This document shows, piece after piece, positions 38,107-50,071 of a stretch of 64,000 bases of DNA. Source of the DNA: Octopus bimaculoides. Its lineage: Eukaryota. Position numbers and translations under genes: made by a program. The notes below the pieces were generated by a model. That model had not been told where the DNA came from and did not search any database. It saw only the letters and a program-made list of their open reading frames with translations. The stretch's first letter is position 1, and every line of letters starts with the position of its first letter. The DNA is taken from assembly GCF_001194135.2 (NCBI RefSeq), contig NC_068984.1, forward strand, positions 85,589,073 to 85,653,072, written 5' to 3'.

Positions 38107-38505
38107 TCTTTTACTTGTTTCTGTCATTAGATTGTGGCCATGCTGGGGCACTGATTTGAAGAATTTTAGTCAAACGAATTGATCCCAATACTTATTCCTC
38201 TTTTAAGCCTGGTACTTATTCTATCAGTCTCTTTTGCCAAAGCACTAAGTTATGGAGATGTAAACACATCAGCACCAGTTGCCAAGCAGTGGTGGGGGAC
38301 AGACACAAAGACACACACACATACATAGATGCATGTACACTCACATATATACGACAGGCTTCTTTCAATTTCCCTCTGTCAAATCCTCTCACAAGGCTTT
38401 GGTGGGGCCAAGGTTGTAGAAGATATTTGTCCAACGTGCCACACAGTGAGACTGAACCCAGAAGCATGGGTTGGAAAACAAACTTCTTACCACACAGCCA
38501 TGCTT
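38107..38505 (-). mobile_element. SINE-A, full length
   Basis: Collinear with 5772-6136 from tcttttacttgtttc to ttcttaccacacagccatgc. Confidence 0.9.
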
Positions 38506-39361
38506 ACACCTATATCCAAAATGTTAAACTTCACTACAACCTCATAACAAAAAACATTTCGTCTGTCTGAACTAGAAATATAGCCAAGTGCAAAGAGTGC
38601 AGTTTTCTATTTTTGTTGTATCTAGTTCAGTGTTTCATTATTAATGCTGTTATTATGGTTGCTTTTATTTTTAGTTTAAATCTTGTCAGTGCCAACTGTC
38701 ATATGTATCAATTCAGGATCAATAAGATAGATACCAGTAAAGTACTGCATTGACTTATTCAACTGTACCTTTTGTCTCTCTTGTCCTGATATCAAAAACC
38801 ATTATCACCCTCTTGGGTGCACGCTGGTTTTTGACTCTCCTACCTTCACAAGTTGGTAAAATAACTACCAATAACTGATTTGATTAAATAACTACAAATA
38901 ACAGATAGATTTGATTGAATTTTTCAAACTGTTTTCCATCGGGTTTTCTTGTTAATGTTCATATCATTAAGCTGAAGACACACATGCACACACACCCACA
39001 CACACACACACACTCACACCCACACTCATACATTCATGCACACTCACACACACATTCTTTCTCTCCCTCTCTCACATTTTTTACTAATTTTACTCATTGG
39101 ATAATAATCATACCAAAGCTTTGCTTTGAAGGATTTTTCATTGATCAAGTTTATCTCCGTGCTTATTTCAGTTTGCTATTCTCTCTCCTCGTATGTGTGT
39201 GTATATATAAATTCTCTTTCTTTCCTTTCCAGAGCGTCCAGTAACACAATCTATATCATGTTCTCACGTTGTTGTTTTTTGTTGTTTTTCTTTTTTGAAC
39301 TTTATATATATATATATATATGTATGTATATATGTATGTATATATATATATATATATATAT

Positions 39362-39703
39362 NNNNNNNNNNNNNNNNNNNNNNNNNNNNNNNNNNNNNNN
39401 NNNNNNNNNNNNNNNNNNNNNNNNNNNNNNNNNNNNNNNNNNNNNNNNNNNNNNNNNNNNNNNNNNNNNNNNNNNNNNNNNNNNNNNNNNNNNNNNNNNN
39501 NNNNNNNNNNNNNNNNNNNNNNNNNNNNNNNNNNNNNNNNNNNNNNNNNNNNNNNNNNNNNNNNNNNNNNNNNNNNNNNNNNNNNNNNNNNNNNNNNNNN
39601 NNNNNNNNNNNNNNNNNNNNNNNNNNNNNNNNNNNNNNNNNNNNNNNNNNNNNNNNNNNNNNNNNNNNNNNNNNNNNNNNNNNNNNNNNNNNNNNNNNNN
39701 NNN
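39362..39703. other. Assembly gap (342 N) after (TA)n
   Basis: Run of N. Confidence 0.99.
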
Positions 39704-39869
39704 TATCAACAGTGTTATTTCTCTATCATTTCAGTGACCACTAGCCATAACTTGTTCAGGCAGTTCCCAAGAATTCCTTCCTGAAGATCAATCCACACCT
39801 CTGTGTCCTGAGTGGTATGTGAATTCTTTTTATCTGTACTTACACTTTTGACATTCACTTATTTTCTTT

Positions 39870-40120
39870 CATCATCATCACCATCATCATTGGTTTAACT
39901 TCCACTTTGCCATGCTTCCATGAATCACACAGTATTTGTTAAGGTAGATTTCCTGTCACCAGATTGCTCTTTGTCACCAACACTTCCCTGTTCCCAGACA
40001 AAGTAATATTTCCTCGTAACCAGACATGTTTTCAAAGAAGATTGGAAATGAAGATTGAAAACCACTTGCATGGCTGTGACATACATTTACAATTATCATG
40101 CTTAATTACGGCAAGAAGGC
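39870..40120 (-). mobile_element. SINE-E variant
   Basis: catcatcattggtttaacttccactttgccatgc...ttcccagacaaagtaatatttcc. Confidence 0.65.
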
Positions 40121-40884
40121 AGTGGCACACATGCATGCATGCATACATACATACAGACAGACAGACAGAAAGCTGATTCGAAGACTACAGATCCATCACT
40201 GGAACTATAAAAATCCGTAAAACTTTCCAGAAGTTTATCATTTAAGCATATATGAGCATGTCTAGACATGCAACTATATGCATAAGAATATATACATAAA
40301 ACAAAATGCACAAATCTGCCCATATACATACATACATACATACATACAAAAATATCCTGTTGATGTTGAAATTCCAATGAAGGAGCTTTGGATCTAGGTT
40401 AGAAACTGCCTCTTTTAATATTGGCAAGAAATCTTGAAATAATACTGAATGACATCCATCCATACATACTTGTGTGTGTATGTATATACAGGGCAAGATT
40501 CTTTCAGTTTCCATCTACCAAATCCACTCAGAGACACTTGCCCTTATGGTGTAATGCAGTGGGACTGAACCTGGAACCATGTGATTGAGAAGCAAACTTC
40601 TTACCACTCAACCATATCTGTCCCCTTTTTTATATTATTTCCTATCATGCAGCTATGCAAACAATAGTATCTTCAGCAATAGATTTCCAATGGACCAAAT
40701 ACCTATTTATTGCATTTACTGTGTTAAAAGTTATTCAGGATTGTCTGTGAAACGTGGGTGGAACAAATATTGTAAGGGACTTTATACAAGAGTATCAGTT
40801 TATTGTTTTGACGATGTTTGCATTTTTTGCTCAAATAAGTTGCCAAATGATATATCCATCTACCTATGTATGCTCGCTTGTGCA

Positions 40885-41290
40885 TTGTGTGTGTTATCAT
40901 CATCATCATTTAACATCCTCATTCAATGATGGCTTGAGTTGGATGGTTTGACAGAAGCTGGCAAGCGAGAAGGCAGCACCAAGCTTTACTGTTTGCTTTA
41001 GCATGGTTCCTTCAGCTGGATGCCCTTCTTAATGCCAACCATTTTGTATTGAGTGTACTGAATGCTTTCAACATGGTACCAACAGCAGTGGTCACCAAGT
41101 AACTTCCAAAACAAGACCCCCTCAACTGAGATGGGTTTTGAGGGAGGTGGCTTTATGCCAGGAGATGAGAGGTTAATGTATGAATAGAGGGACTGGAATA
41201 GATGTCTTGCAGTGGAGAATATACATGGCTACCTCAGTTGGAGAGAGCAAGGGGTAAGAGAATGTGTGTTTGTGTGTGTATGTAGAAAGA
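40885..41290 (-). mobile_element. SINE-E, long form
   Basis: catcatcatttaacatcc...cagctggatgcccttcttaatgccaacc...caccaagtaacttccaaaacaagac. Similar to 43215-43790. Confidence 0.7.
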
Positions 41291-42361
41291 GAGAGAGAGA
41301 GAGAGAGAGAAATAAGATGAAGATATGACGGAGCATACTGTCACTTTACAGCGAGGTGTTCTTTAATGAAGCGGAACCGGGGTATAGAGTGAATGGGTGA
41401 TTGAGTTCATGAAGTTGCAAAAGGAGAGTGGGAGATGGAGGTGAGGGAGGAATATAGTGAGTGGACACAAGTTAATGCTTAAGCCAGTATATAGTTTAGT
41501 CCCTCCACGTTCTGTGTTCAAATCTGTCCAGCATCCATCGATTTTGCTTTTTATTTCTTCTCTTGGAGTTTCTAAGCTGATGAAAATAGATCACCAATCA
41601 TGTTTTGGGGTCGTCGGTTCCATTGACTGTACTCCTCCCTACCTTATAAATTATATAGCTTTTGTTGGAATGTATGATATTCCAATTAATATTGTTGTTG
41701 TTTCTAGCTGTTTTAATTAGCTCCTTTGATAACAGCAAGTCAACTATGATAATTATGTTACTGGCACAAAAATAGAGCAGTTCAATAAATAAATAAATAA
41801 ATAAATAAAGCCAGAGTTGCTACTATTGCTGCTGTATCATTTGATACCTTACATGGATTACCTCCTTTCACTTCACCTCCTTTTACTTCACCTCCTTCAT
41901 TCATCAATATTTTTCCGCATTTGTAACAATACTTTTTACACAGTGCTTTCTTTCCTTGCTAAAGTGAGGAGCCAGATGGACATACTACACTACTGCGGAG
42001 GTTGTGGTAATAGTGGTGGTGGTGCTAGTAGTGGCAGTTTAGCCCCAGGTCAGTCCTGATCCAGCAGACCTTTGATCAATAGTATTCCGTCTAGTTTTTT
42101 TCTTCTTAAGGACGGGATGTGATTTGAGAAAGATTTCGCTGCTATTTCGAGCGATCACATTAAAGTTCCCACCATGGACCATGGTAGTGACAGTAGTTTA
42201 AAAAATTTTTTTTTTTTAAATTAAACTGCAATTACTAGTGAATAATGTTGACCTCTATGCCGCCAATCTTTGATTAGGTACATTGAAAGCCCTCCACTTA
42301 TCACCTGGCTATATTCTATCGAGATGTAAAGTACGGTCATCTCAAACTACATTACATTATA

Positions 42362-42572
42362 CAGGGTGTCCACAAAGTCTGGGTACATGTGGATTAACAC
42401 ATCTTTAAGAAATTATTGTTTCTTATGTTTAATTGTTTATGTTATGATTTTATTTCCTCCATGTACCCTTACGGGGATTAACACATACTTTAAGAAATTA
42501 TTATTTCTTATATTTAATTGTTTATGTTATGATTTTATTTACTCTATTTACCCAGACTTTGTGGACACCCTG
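42362..42572. mobile_element. Tc1/mariner-type MITE with an internal 84-bp tandem duplication
   Basis: Perfect 24-bp TIR cagggtgtccacaaagtctgggta / tacccagactttgtggacaccctg, TA TSD at 42360-61 and 42573-74. Confidence 0.9.
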
Positions 42573-42784
42573 TACATTAGATCGAAGGCTTTCCAATGTA
42601 ATCTTTAGATACCATTCTTATTTTTTATTTATTTATTTTTTTATTTTAGAACAGTAGGTTTGATTTGAATGAAACATGTCTACAAGCACATCAAGCAACT
42701 AATTACATGGAGTTTCCCTTATTGGCTTGTGTTATTGTTATAATTAGCGATAGTTTATCCGTGGGTTGGCTCTGCTCAAGTAAA

Positions 42785-42974
42785 CCTATCTTTTTTTTTT
42801 GTTACAGTCATTGGACTGTGGCCATGCTAGGGCATCGTCTTGAAGGGTTTTTAATCAAGCAAATTGACCCCAGTATTTACATTGGTACTTATTTTGCCAA
42901 ACTGCTAGGTTATGGAGATGTAAACAAACAAACCAACACTGGTTGTCAAGTGGAGCTGGTGGGGTGATAAGCAG

Positions 42975-42980
<6 letters not shown>
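42785..42980 (-). mobile_element. SINE-A 3' half
   Basis: cagtcattggactgtggccatgctagggc...caccggttgtcaag-like segment. Confidence 0.75.
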
Positions 42981-43023
<43 letters not shown>

Positions 43024-43214
43024 AACCTGGTGCAGTCTTTTGCCTAGCCAGCTCTTGTCAAACTGTCCAATTCGTGCCAGCATCAAAAGCAGATGTTAAA
43101 TGATGATGATGATACATGTGCGTGTGTGTGTGTGTTTGTGTTTGGTGATGCAAACAGGAAAAATAGAACTCAAAATATGAATATATATATCTTGCAACAC
43201 AAATTGATAACTGT

Positions 43215-43790
43215 CTGTATATCATCATCATCATACGTCTGTGTCCCATGCTGGTATGGGTGGGACAGTACCACAGAAGCTGGCCAGGCCAAAGCCTGCA
43301 CCAGACCTTTGTGACTGTTTTGCAGGATTTTTACAGCTGAATGCCCTTCCTAACACCAACCACTCAGCAGAGTGGACTTAGTGCTTTTTATGTGGCAACA
43401 GCACAGGCGAGGTGAGTAGTGTTTTTTACATGACACAAGCATAGGTGAGGTCAGTTTTGGCAAGGTTTTTACATCTGGATGCCCTTCAGAACACCAACCA
43501 CTTTACAGTGTGGACTGAGTACTTTTAAGTGGCACCTGCACTGACAGGGTCACCAAGTACTTGCAAGACAAAAACTTTTAAGAAGGGAGGAGGCATTGAG
43601 GGAGGTGATGATTGAAAAGGTTATAGTGAGACGGATACAGGTGTCTTGCTGTAGAGGAAGTACAAGGTTACCCAGCCGGAGAGAAAGATCAGGAATGAAG
43701 ACAGAAACAAGTGTGCTACTGCAAAGAAAATACATGGTTGCCCAACCTGAGAGAAGTGCAAGAGAAAGAGAGAGTGGGAGACAGCAGGAT
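43215..43790 (-). mobile_element. SINE-E long form / RTE-tailed element
   Basis: Reverse-complement match to 55106-55350 (ggtcaccaagtacttgcaagacaaaa...gagacggatacaggtgtcttgctgtag). Confidence 0.75.
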
Positions 43791-44064
43791 GGAGATTCTT
43801 CTCACAAGACATTGGTTGGCTGAGAGCTATAGAAGACATTTGCCCAAGCTGTCGTGTAGTGTGACTGAACCCAATACCATGTGGTTGCAAAGCTAACTTC
43901 TTAATTACATAGGAAATGATCAAATCATTTTTCTTTTTTTCTGTTTTTTTTCAGAGGAAGTATATCTACGACTACCCTTTCTAATATGTTCTTGCTCATT
44001 AGACAGTAGGCTGTTAAACTGAAAGAGTTTGCTATTTTTTTGCAGGCACCTAACTACTGTTACT

Positions 44065-44940
44065 CTTGTTATTGGCCCCAAGTTAGCTCTGGACAAGTAG
44101 ATCTATGATTAGAGGCTTTCCAACCGTGATCATCTCAATATTTTTCTAAACTACAGTATTCTGTGTGACCTACTTTTTAGACAGTAAGGTGTGATTTGAG
44201 GGAAATTCAGCTGTTGTGTCTAGCTGCATGACCAATTACATAAGCTCTCTCTCAGTGGTGGTTGTTATTGCTTAGCCCCAGTAAGTTTTTATTGGGAAGA
44301 TCAAGCAAACATGTCATTTGTAACCATCACATCATTTTGTGTATCTGGGACTATATTGTCTGTGATTTGGTTGCTATCTACCACTTAGAGGCTTCTCTGG
44401 CTGTGAGTCTAAGTTGATGTTAGTGAAGATGTTGGTTGTTGTTACATCCCTAGGTCAGCCCTGAAAGAGCATTCTAGCTTGACCACCCCAGCTTTATAGA
44501 GAATATTGGATTGCATTATCAGTGCGTACGAAACAACAACATCTGTAACCAACATTACCAACAATTAATAGCTACATATGACAATGAGAGAGCTTTCAAG
44601 TAGTCACTCAACATGCTTGAGATAGCAGTAAAACTTGCCACAATTCACAGCTTTAAGTTTTGCTGCTATCTCTAGCATGTCGAGTGACTACTTAAAAGCT
44701 CTCTCATTGGCATATGTGGCTATTAATTGTTGGTAATGTTGGTTACAGTTGTTGTTGTTGTTGTTTAGTACCAGGTCAGCCTTGATTGATAAGACCTATG
44801 ATTAAAAGTATTCCAACTATGGCCGTCCTTTGTTATCCTTTTTTTTTTCTTTAAAGAGTTAGGTGTAATCTGAGGGAGATGTGACTGCTATTTCTAAAAG
44901 TTCAACCATCTACATCAGAAGTTTCCTCATTAGCCTGTAA
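44065..44940 (-). mobile_element. Tandem array of SINE-D monomers and fragments
   Basis: Modules (aggtcagcc...ttcca.c..tga.cat; gtgtgatttgaggga.at...gctg.t...tctag) recur near 44075, 44275, 44450, 44655 and 44770. Confidence 0.7.
44532..44759. repeat. Long inverted repeat: 105-bp arms, 18-nt loop, about 7 mismatches
   Basis: Arm 44532-44636 aligned by eye to the reverse complement of 44655-44759 without gaps. Confidence 0.95.
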
Positions 44941-45066
44941 AAGACAGGTCTGCATAATAGGCGTAGCATGTCTTCATTTTTTTTTTTTTTTTTTTTTTGT
45001 GGTGAGGTGGAGTGGAGCGAGAGGCTTGGATGTCTTGTAGTCTTTGCATTCTGAGTTCAAATGCAA

Positions 45067-45280
45067 GGCGGTAAGCTGGCAGAAACATTAGCATGCCGGG
45101 CGAAATGCTTAGCAGTATTTCATCTGTCTTTACGCTCTGAGTTCAAATTCCACCGAGCTCGACTTTGCCTGTCATCCTTTCAGGGTCGATAAATTAAGTA
45201 CCAGTTGCATACTGGGGTCGATCTAATCGACTGGCCCCCTCCCTATCAATTTCAGGCCTTGTGCCTAGAGTAGAAAAGAT
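45067..45280 (+). mobile_element. SINE-B, full length, young
   Basis: ggcggtaagctggcagaaacattagcatgccgggcgaaatgcttagc...gcctagagtagaaaagatt. CpGs are retained. Confidence 0.92.
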
Positions 45281-45333
45281 TCTGAGTTCAAATCCTGCCA
45301 TGGCCTATTAGGGTGGTATACTTAATCCATCAC

Positions 45334-45444
45334 CCTGGCACAGCTTTGGTGTCTTTAACAGTGTCCACTCTGTTGTAAACATCCAGGCCAGTCTCTGGCT
45401 CAAGGATGCCTTCCTCCCTCTCACCCACCATTCTTGTAACATTC
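45334..45444 (-). CDS. Candidate exon (NVTRMVGEREEGILEPETGLDVYNRVDTVKDTKAVP) or unrecognised TE fragment
   Basis: Acceptor cccctatgtcctgttgcAG, donor GTGATG. 111 bp, symmetric phase 2, GC-richer than the background. Confidence 0.2.
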
Positions 45445-45463
45445 CTGCAACAGGACATAGGGG

Positions 45464-45762
45464 TAGGCATGGCTGAGTGGTTGAGTAGTTTGATTTGCAG
45501 CCATGTGGTTTCAGGTTCAGTCCCATTGTGTGACACTTTGGACAAGTGTCTCCTACTAATGACGTAGGGTGACTAATGTTTTGTGAGTGAATTCGGTAGA
45601 TAGAAACTGTGGAAGTCTGTCTTATGTATGTGTGCATGTCTTAGTGTTTATTCCTTCACTGCTTGGTTTATTTACCAACTTGTAATTAAGCTGTTCAATA
45701 TACAGAATAAGTAACAGATGCCCCTGCATGGGAGCAGTCTGGTGACTGAAACAAGTAAAGGA
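45464..45762 (+). mobile_element. SINE-A, degenerate full length
   Basis: Head ggcatggctgagtggttg, tail tgactgaaacaagtaaag. Confidence 0.8.
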
Positions 45763-46261
45763 GTCTTGTATGTTTGTGACCAATAGCCTTGCCATATGTA
45801 TGGTTTCAAACAGGATTTGAAGGGGAGCAATCTTGAGTCCATTGGTTCACTGAACACTCATGCACACAGACAATTGTTGTCTTGCTTGTATGTCACAGGT
45901 TAGATATTGCATGTATGTTTTCTGCAACCTAATTTGAAGGTCTGTGTCAAAAGATAGACAGACAGACAGAGCCGTACTAGATTATTATCTGCCAATACCA
46001 ACTCTGTATCAAGATTTGATAGGCCCCAATTGTGATTTTGAGGCCTAGATTGTCTTAAAAATCTACAATACCATGTATTATAATACACACTGTTGTATTA
46101 TTATAATACATGATATCATAACAGAGCTGGCTAACTGGCGGAATCTGGACAAAACGCTTAGTGGCATTTCATCTGTCTTTACATTCTGAGTTCAAATTCC
46201 ACTAAGGTTGACTTTGCCTTTCATCTCTTCAGGCTCACTAAAATAAGTATCAATTGAGCAC

Positions 46262-46812
46262 TGAGCAACAACATGGTTTTAGGTTCGGTTTCCCTGTGTA
46301 GTACCTTAGGCAAGTAACTTCTTATTTCTTTATTGCCCACAAGGGGCTAAACATAGAGGGGACAAACAAGGACAGACAAAGGGATTAGGTCGGTTAGATC
46401 GACCCCAGTGCGTAACTGGTACTTAATTTATCGACCTCGAAAGGATGAAAGGCAAATTTGAACTCGGAACGTAACGGCAGACGAAATACTGCTAAGCATT
46501 TCGCCCGGCGTGCTAGCGTTTCTGCCAGCTCTCTGCCAGTAACTTCTGCTATAGCCATAGGTCAACCAATGCTTTGCGAGTAAATTTGGTTGATAGAAGC
46601 TATGTGGAAGCCTCTCACATAATGTGCTTGTATGTGTGTTTGTGTTTGTCCACCCCACTGCTTGATTGGCAAAAAGAGTTGGATAGATTTAAGTACCAGA
46701 CTTTAAAAAAAAAGTAAGTCCTAGGTTGATTTGTTTGACTAAAGCCTTCAAGGGTTGCAGCCATGAAGTATTGCTGCAGTCATTGGTAAAGTAAAAGATA
46801 CAAGTAAAAGAT
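46262..46812 (+). mobile_element. SINE-A split by a SINE-B variant
   Basis: A head at 46262-46322 resumes at 46538 (cttctgctatagcc...tttgg). Tail gtaaaagata near 46810. Confidence 0.8.
46323..46537 (-). mobile_element. SINE-B variant with an alternative 3' tail, 10-bp TSD
   Basis: TSD agtaacttct at 46313-46322 and 46538-46547. The tail on the minus strand is ccctttgtctgtccttgtttgtcccctctatgtttagccccttgtgggcaataaagaaata, unlike the other B copies. Confidence 0.88.
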
Positions 46813-47048
46813 AAAAACTAAGTGGATGGGGGCATTTTCATAGCTTATTACTCATCATGTATTTTATACATTCTCAGTTTTCATTTAGATTTTAATCAAA
46901 CAAAAAGGCATGTTTGTGGAGTTTTACAGTATGCTTGTGATTAACCTGCAAGTCATTCCTGACAGAGAAGTTCTGTCATCAAAAGGTGTTCCTGTCATGA
47001 CCATCCCACTTGGTTTTCAAGATTTGTGTATACATAAGACTACATTAT

Positions 47049-47265
47049 CCGATGTGCATTCAGATTACTCTCTCAAATGTAATGATTATTTATTCACATT
47101 GTTTTAAATTATCCATTATCTAATAGCTTTGAGATTTAGATGATGTGATTGTTTATTTTTAAAATGACATTGCAAGGTAGGTGAGAGAGGCCGGATCTGG
47201 CCATTTTGAAGATAAAACAAGTAGAAAAATTTTGGCCAGATATGGCTGGCTTAAATGCTAAATGG
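47049..47265 (+). mobile_element. piggyBac-like TTAA MITE, family 1
   Basis: gcattcagattactctctcaaatgtaatg...ggatctggcc...aaatgctaaatgg|ttga. Confidence 0.75.
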
Positions 47266-47337
47266 TTGAGACAGTAGCCGATGATTTCAAGGAGATTTAA
47301 CTGCTGTTTCTATCAGGTTGAGAATGACCATGAAAAG

Positions 47338-47655
47338 CAGAGGTTCTCAAACATTTTGGGCCACCACCTCACTCATGGCCACATAATACCCTCAGTGACC
47401 CCACCCCTAATTTTATGTATAAATAAATATTTTATATTTTTCTAATTTATATATACTATGAATCATTTGATATTTAATATAATATTATATAATTTGTGTA
47501 CAATATTATACTAAATTCATAGCATCCCCCAATTCACTGCCTTCTTTCCAATACCTCATTTTTCTCTCCCCCACCCCTAGTCACCAGTGCCCACCTGGAC
47601 TGTCTTAATGCCCACTAGTGGGGGAGGGCAGTAGCACCCACTTTGAGAACCTATG
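47338..47655. mobile_element. hAT (Charlie/MER5-like) MITE
   Basis: TIRs cagaggttctcaaac and ctttgagaacctatg, degenerate 8-bp TSD atgaaaag/atgtaaat. Confidence 0.72.
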
Positions 47656-48004
47656 ATGTAAATTGTCACAAGTAATTAGATTTGTTGATTGGACATAGAT
47701 TAAGGGTTTGTTAATTTTGTCTGCTATTAGTGGTTCAGTCAGCAGGTCCTTCAGTGACAGACGGAAGGTGGTTGCTATGCTAGTTAACTCTCATACTGAA
47801 ATAAAATCCTGGAATGTTCAACTAATAATTGAATGTAGACCAGTAGAACTGTCTAATCTAGATGCCAATACCATGCTGACCTATATGAGGAGTTGTATGT
47901 GACTCAGATACACCAGTTGTTCCTCACTAATTTTCTACTAAACTAACATGAATATCTGTTAAATAGCCACCTGTATCCATTACCATTTAAGTGCTCTCTC
48001 TCAT

Positions 48005-48389
48005 TGTTGTTGGCACTCCGTCGCTTACGACGTCGAGGGTTCCAGTTGATCCGATCAACGGAACAGCCTGCTCGTGAAATTAACGTGCAAGTGGCTGAGC
48101 ACTCCACAGACACGTGTACCCTTAACGTAGTTCTCGGGGATATTTAGCGTGACACAGTGTGACAAGGATGACCCTTTGAATTACAGGCACAACAGAAACA
48201 GAAAGTAAGAGTGAGAGAAAGTTGTGGTGAAAGAGTACAGCAGGGTTTGTCACCATCCCCTGCCGGAGCCTCGTGGAGCTTTAGGTGTTTTCGCTCAATA
48301 AACACTCACAACGTCCGGTCTGGGAATCGAAACCGCGATCCTATGACCGCGAGTCCGCTGCCCTAACCACTAGGCCATTGAGCCCCCAC
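48005..48389 (-). mobile_element. SINE-C, full length
   Basis: Highly similar to 17204 and 52030. TSD about tctctcat on both sides. Confidence 0.95.
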
Positions 48390-49055
48390 TGTCTCTCATA
48401 TATACACATATGTAATCATGCTTACAAGCTACTTCTGCTTTTTGACCTTTTTATAACTATATTTCTGATGAACCATCTGCCTTTGTTTTAATTTTGGAAC
48501 ATAAATGAAATTTGAAAGGTTTTAATTTATATTACTGGAAGACATGATGTTTGTATCTTAAAACCAAGGCTTAGTCACAAACATGTTGGTATCCAATTCT
48601 TAAAAATTCACAAACATTGGCTGCTTGTAATGTGCTTGGCATTAACTTTTACAATATGAATCTGCATGAGATAACCCTCTGGTTCTACAATACAGAACCT
48701 TGTTTTAAATTTTAAATCGTTCATGTGTAAGAATATTTTGTTATATTGTAAGCACTAGCTTAATAATGGACCGTTAAAAAAAAAATGGCATCAATTTAAA
48801 TCAGTAATTTCCAAGCCGGGCACCACAGAATTTTGGAAAAGAAAAAGTTTCTTATACCAAAACTTATTGAAAACCACTTCTAGCCACTCTCAACAGGCAT
48901 TCTCAACACAACACTTTGCTGTTGGTTTCAAGCCAGAGTTTTAGTAGTAAAGCAAACTGAGCACGCATAGTCTATACCTATTACATTACATCAGTTGACA
49001 ACAACAACTTGTATATATTCTCTCTCTTTCTTTGTTTCTCTCTCTCTCTCTCTCT

Positions 49056-49094
<39 letters not shown>

Positions 49095-50071
49095 GTTTAA
49101 TTAATTAGGAAAAAGCATATTTATTGTATTGTTTTAGTTAAGCATATGTGGATCCTTGTCCTCCCAAGGTTTGAAAGCGCTGCTGTAGAGTGTGCTACAA
49201 GCTTAAAAAAATGGCCTCAACAAGTATTAATTTTTCTTTTTCCCTTTTTTTTTTTTCATTTAGCATGTGACTGTTATTGATTTCTTTATATAGGCCGGAG
49301 ATTAATATTGATTTTTTTTAATAGGTATATCTATAGATTTTATAGAAGAATGAGATACTGTGACATTTATGCATTAGGCAAGGGGAACATTAGGGATGTA
49401 ATTAGCCCATGAGATTTTTGATTATTCAGATTATTAAATTCATTTTTGGTGCTTTTGTTTTTCTTTACTTTGGTTTGATTGTTGTCCTTTTTGAATATAA
49501 AGAATTCTTATTAGTTCTTAACTTTCAGAACAGAATAATTTTCGGAACTTGCAGTGAGTTCTGAAAATCATTCACAAATCTCATCTCTGATATCTCAATA
49601 GGTAATTGAAGCAATTACCTTTTTAGGTGTTTGGAGATGATAATAGAGGCAATGGTTGTTTCTCATTAGCACAGGACAATAAATTTAGAAGGAAGAGTAC
49701 AATTGATTAAATCAATTTTGGTATTGCACGTGTGACTGATATTTATTTTATTTGACTTCATAAAGGCTTTAAAAACTAGTAAATTAGCAGAATCATTAGC
49801 GCATTGGACAAAATACCTTTGAATATTTGTTGCAGTTTTTCATTGAGATCTGATTTCAAATCCTACTGAGGTTTAACTTTCATCTTTCCAGTGTCAATAA
49901 AATAAAGTCCCAGTCAAAGGCAGTAGGTTAGTGTTGGACAAAATACTTTGTAATGTTTCTTCCAGTTATCTATGTTCTGAGGGCTCGGGCAAATGTGTTA
50001 AAATTGTTTGGAAACAACAAAAATGAGGCATCTTTAGAATTGTCTCATGGAATCTCCATGACAAGCACTTA

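Noticed and set aside
39735-39815. Strong acceptor with GTATGT donor
   Set aside because: All three frames from the best acceptor contain stops. Only weaker downstream acceptors give open frames.
49150-49190. Single hAT-like terminus (ccaaggtttgaaagcgctg)
   Set aside because: No matching opposite end or TSD was found.
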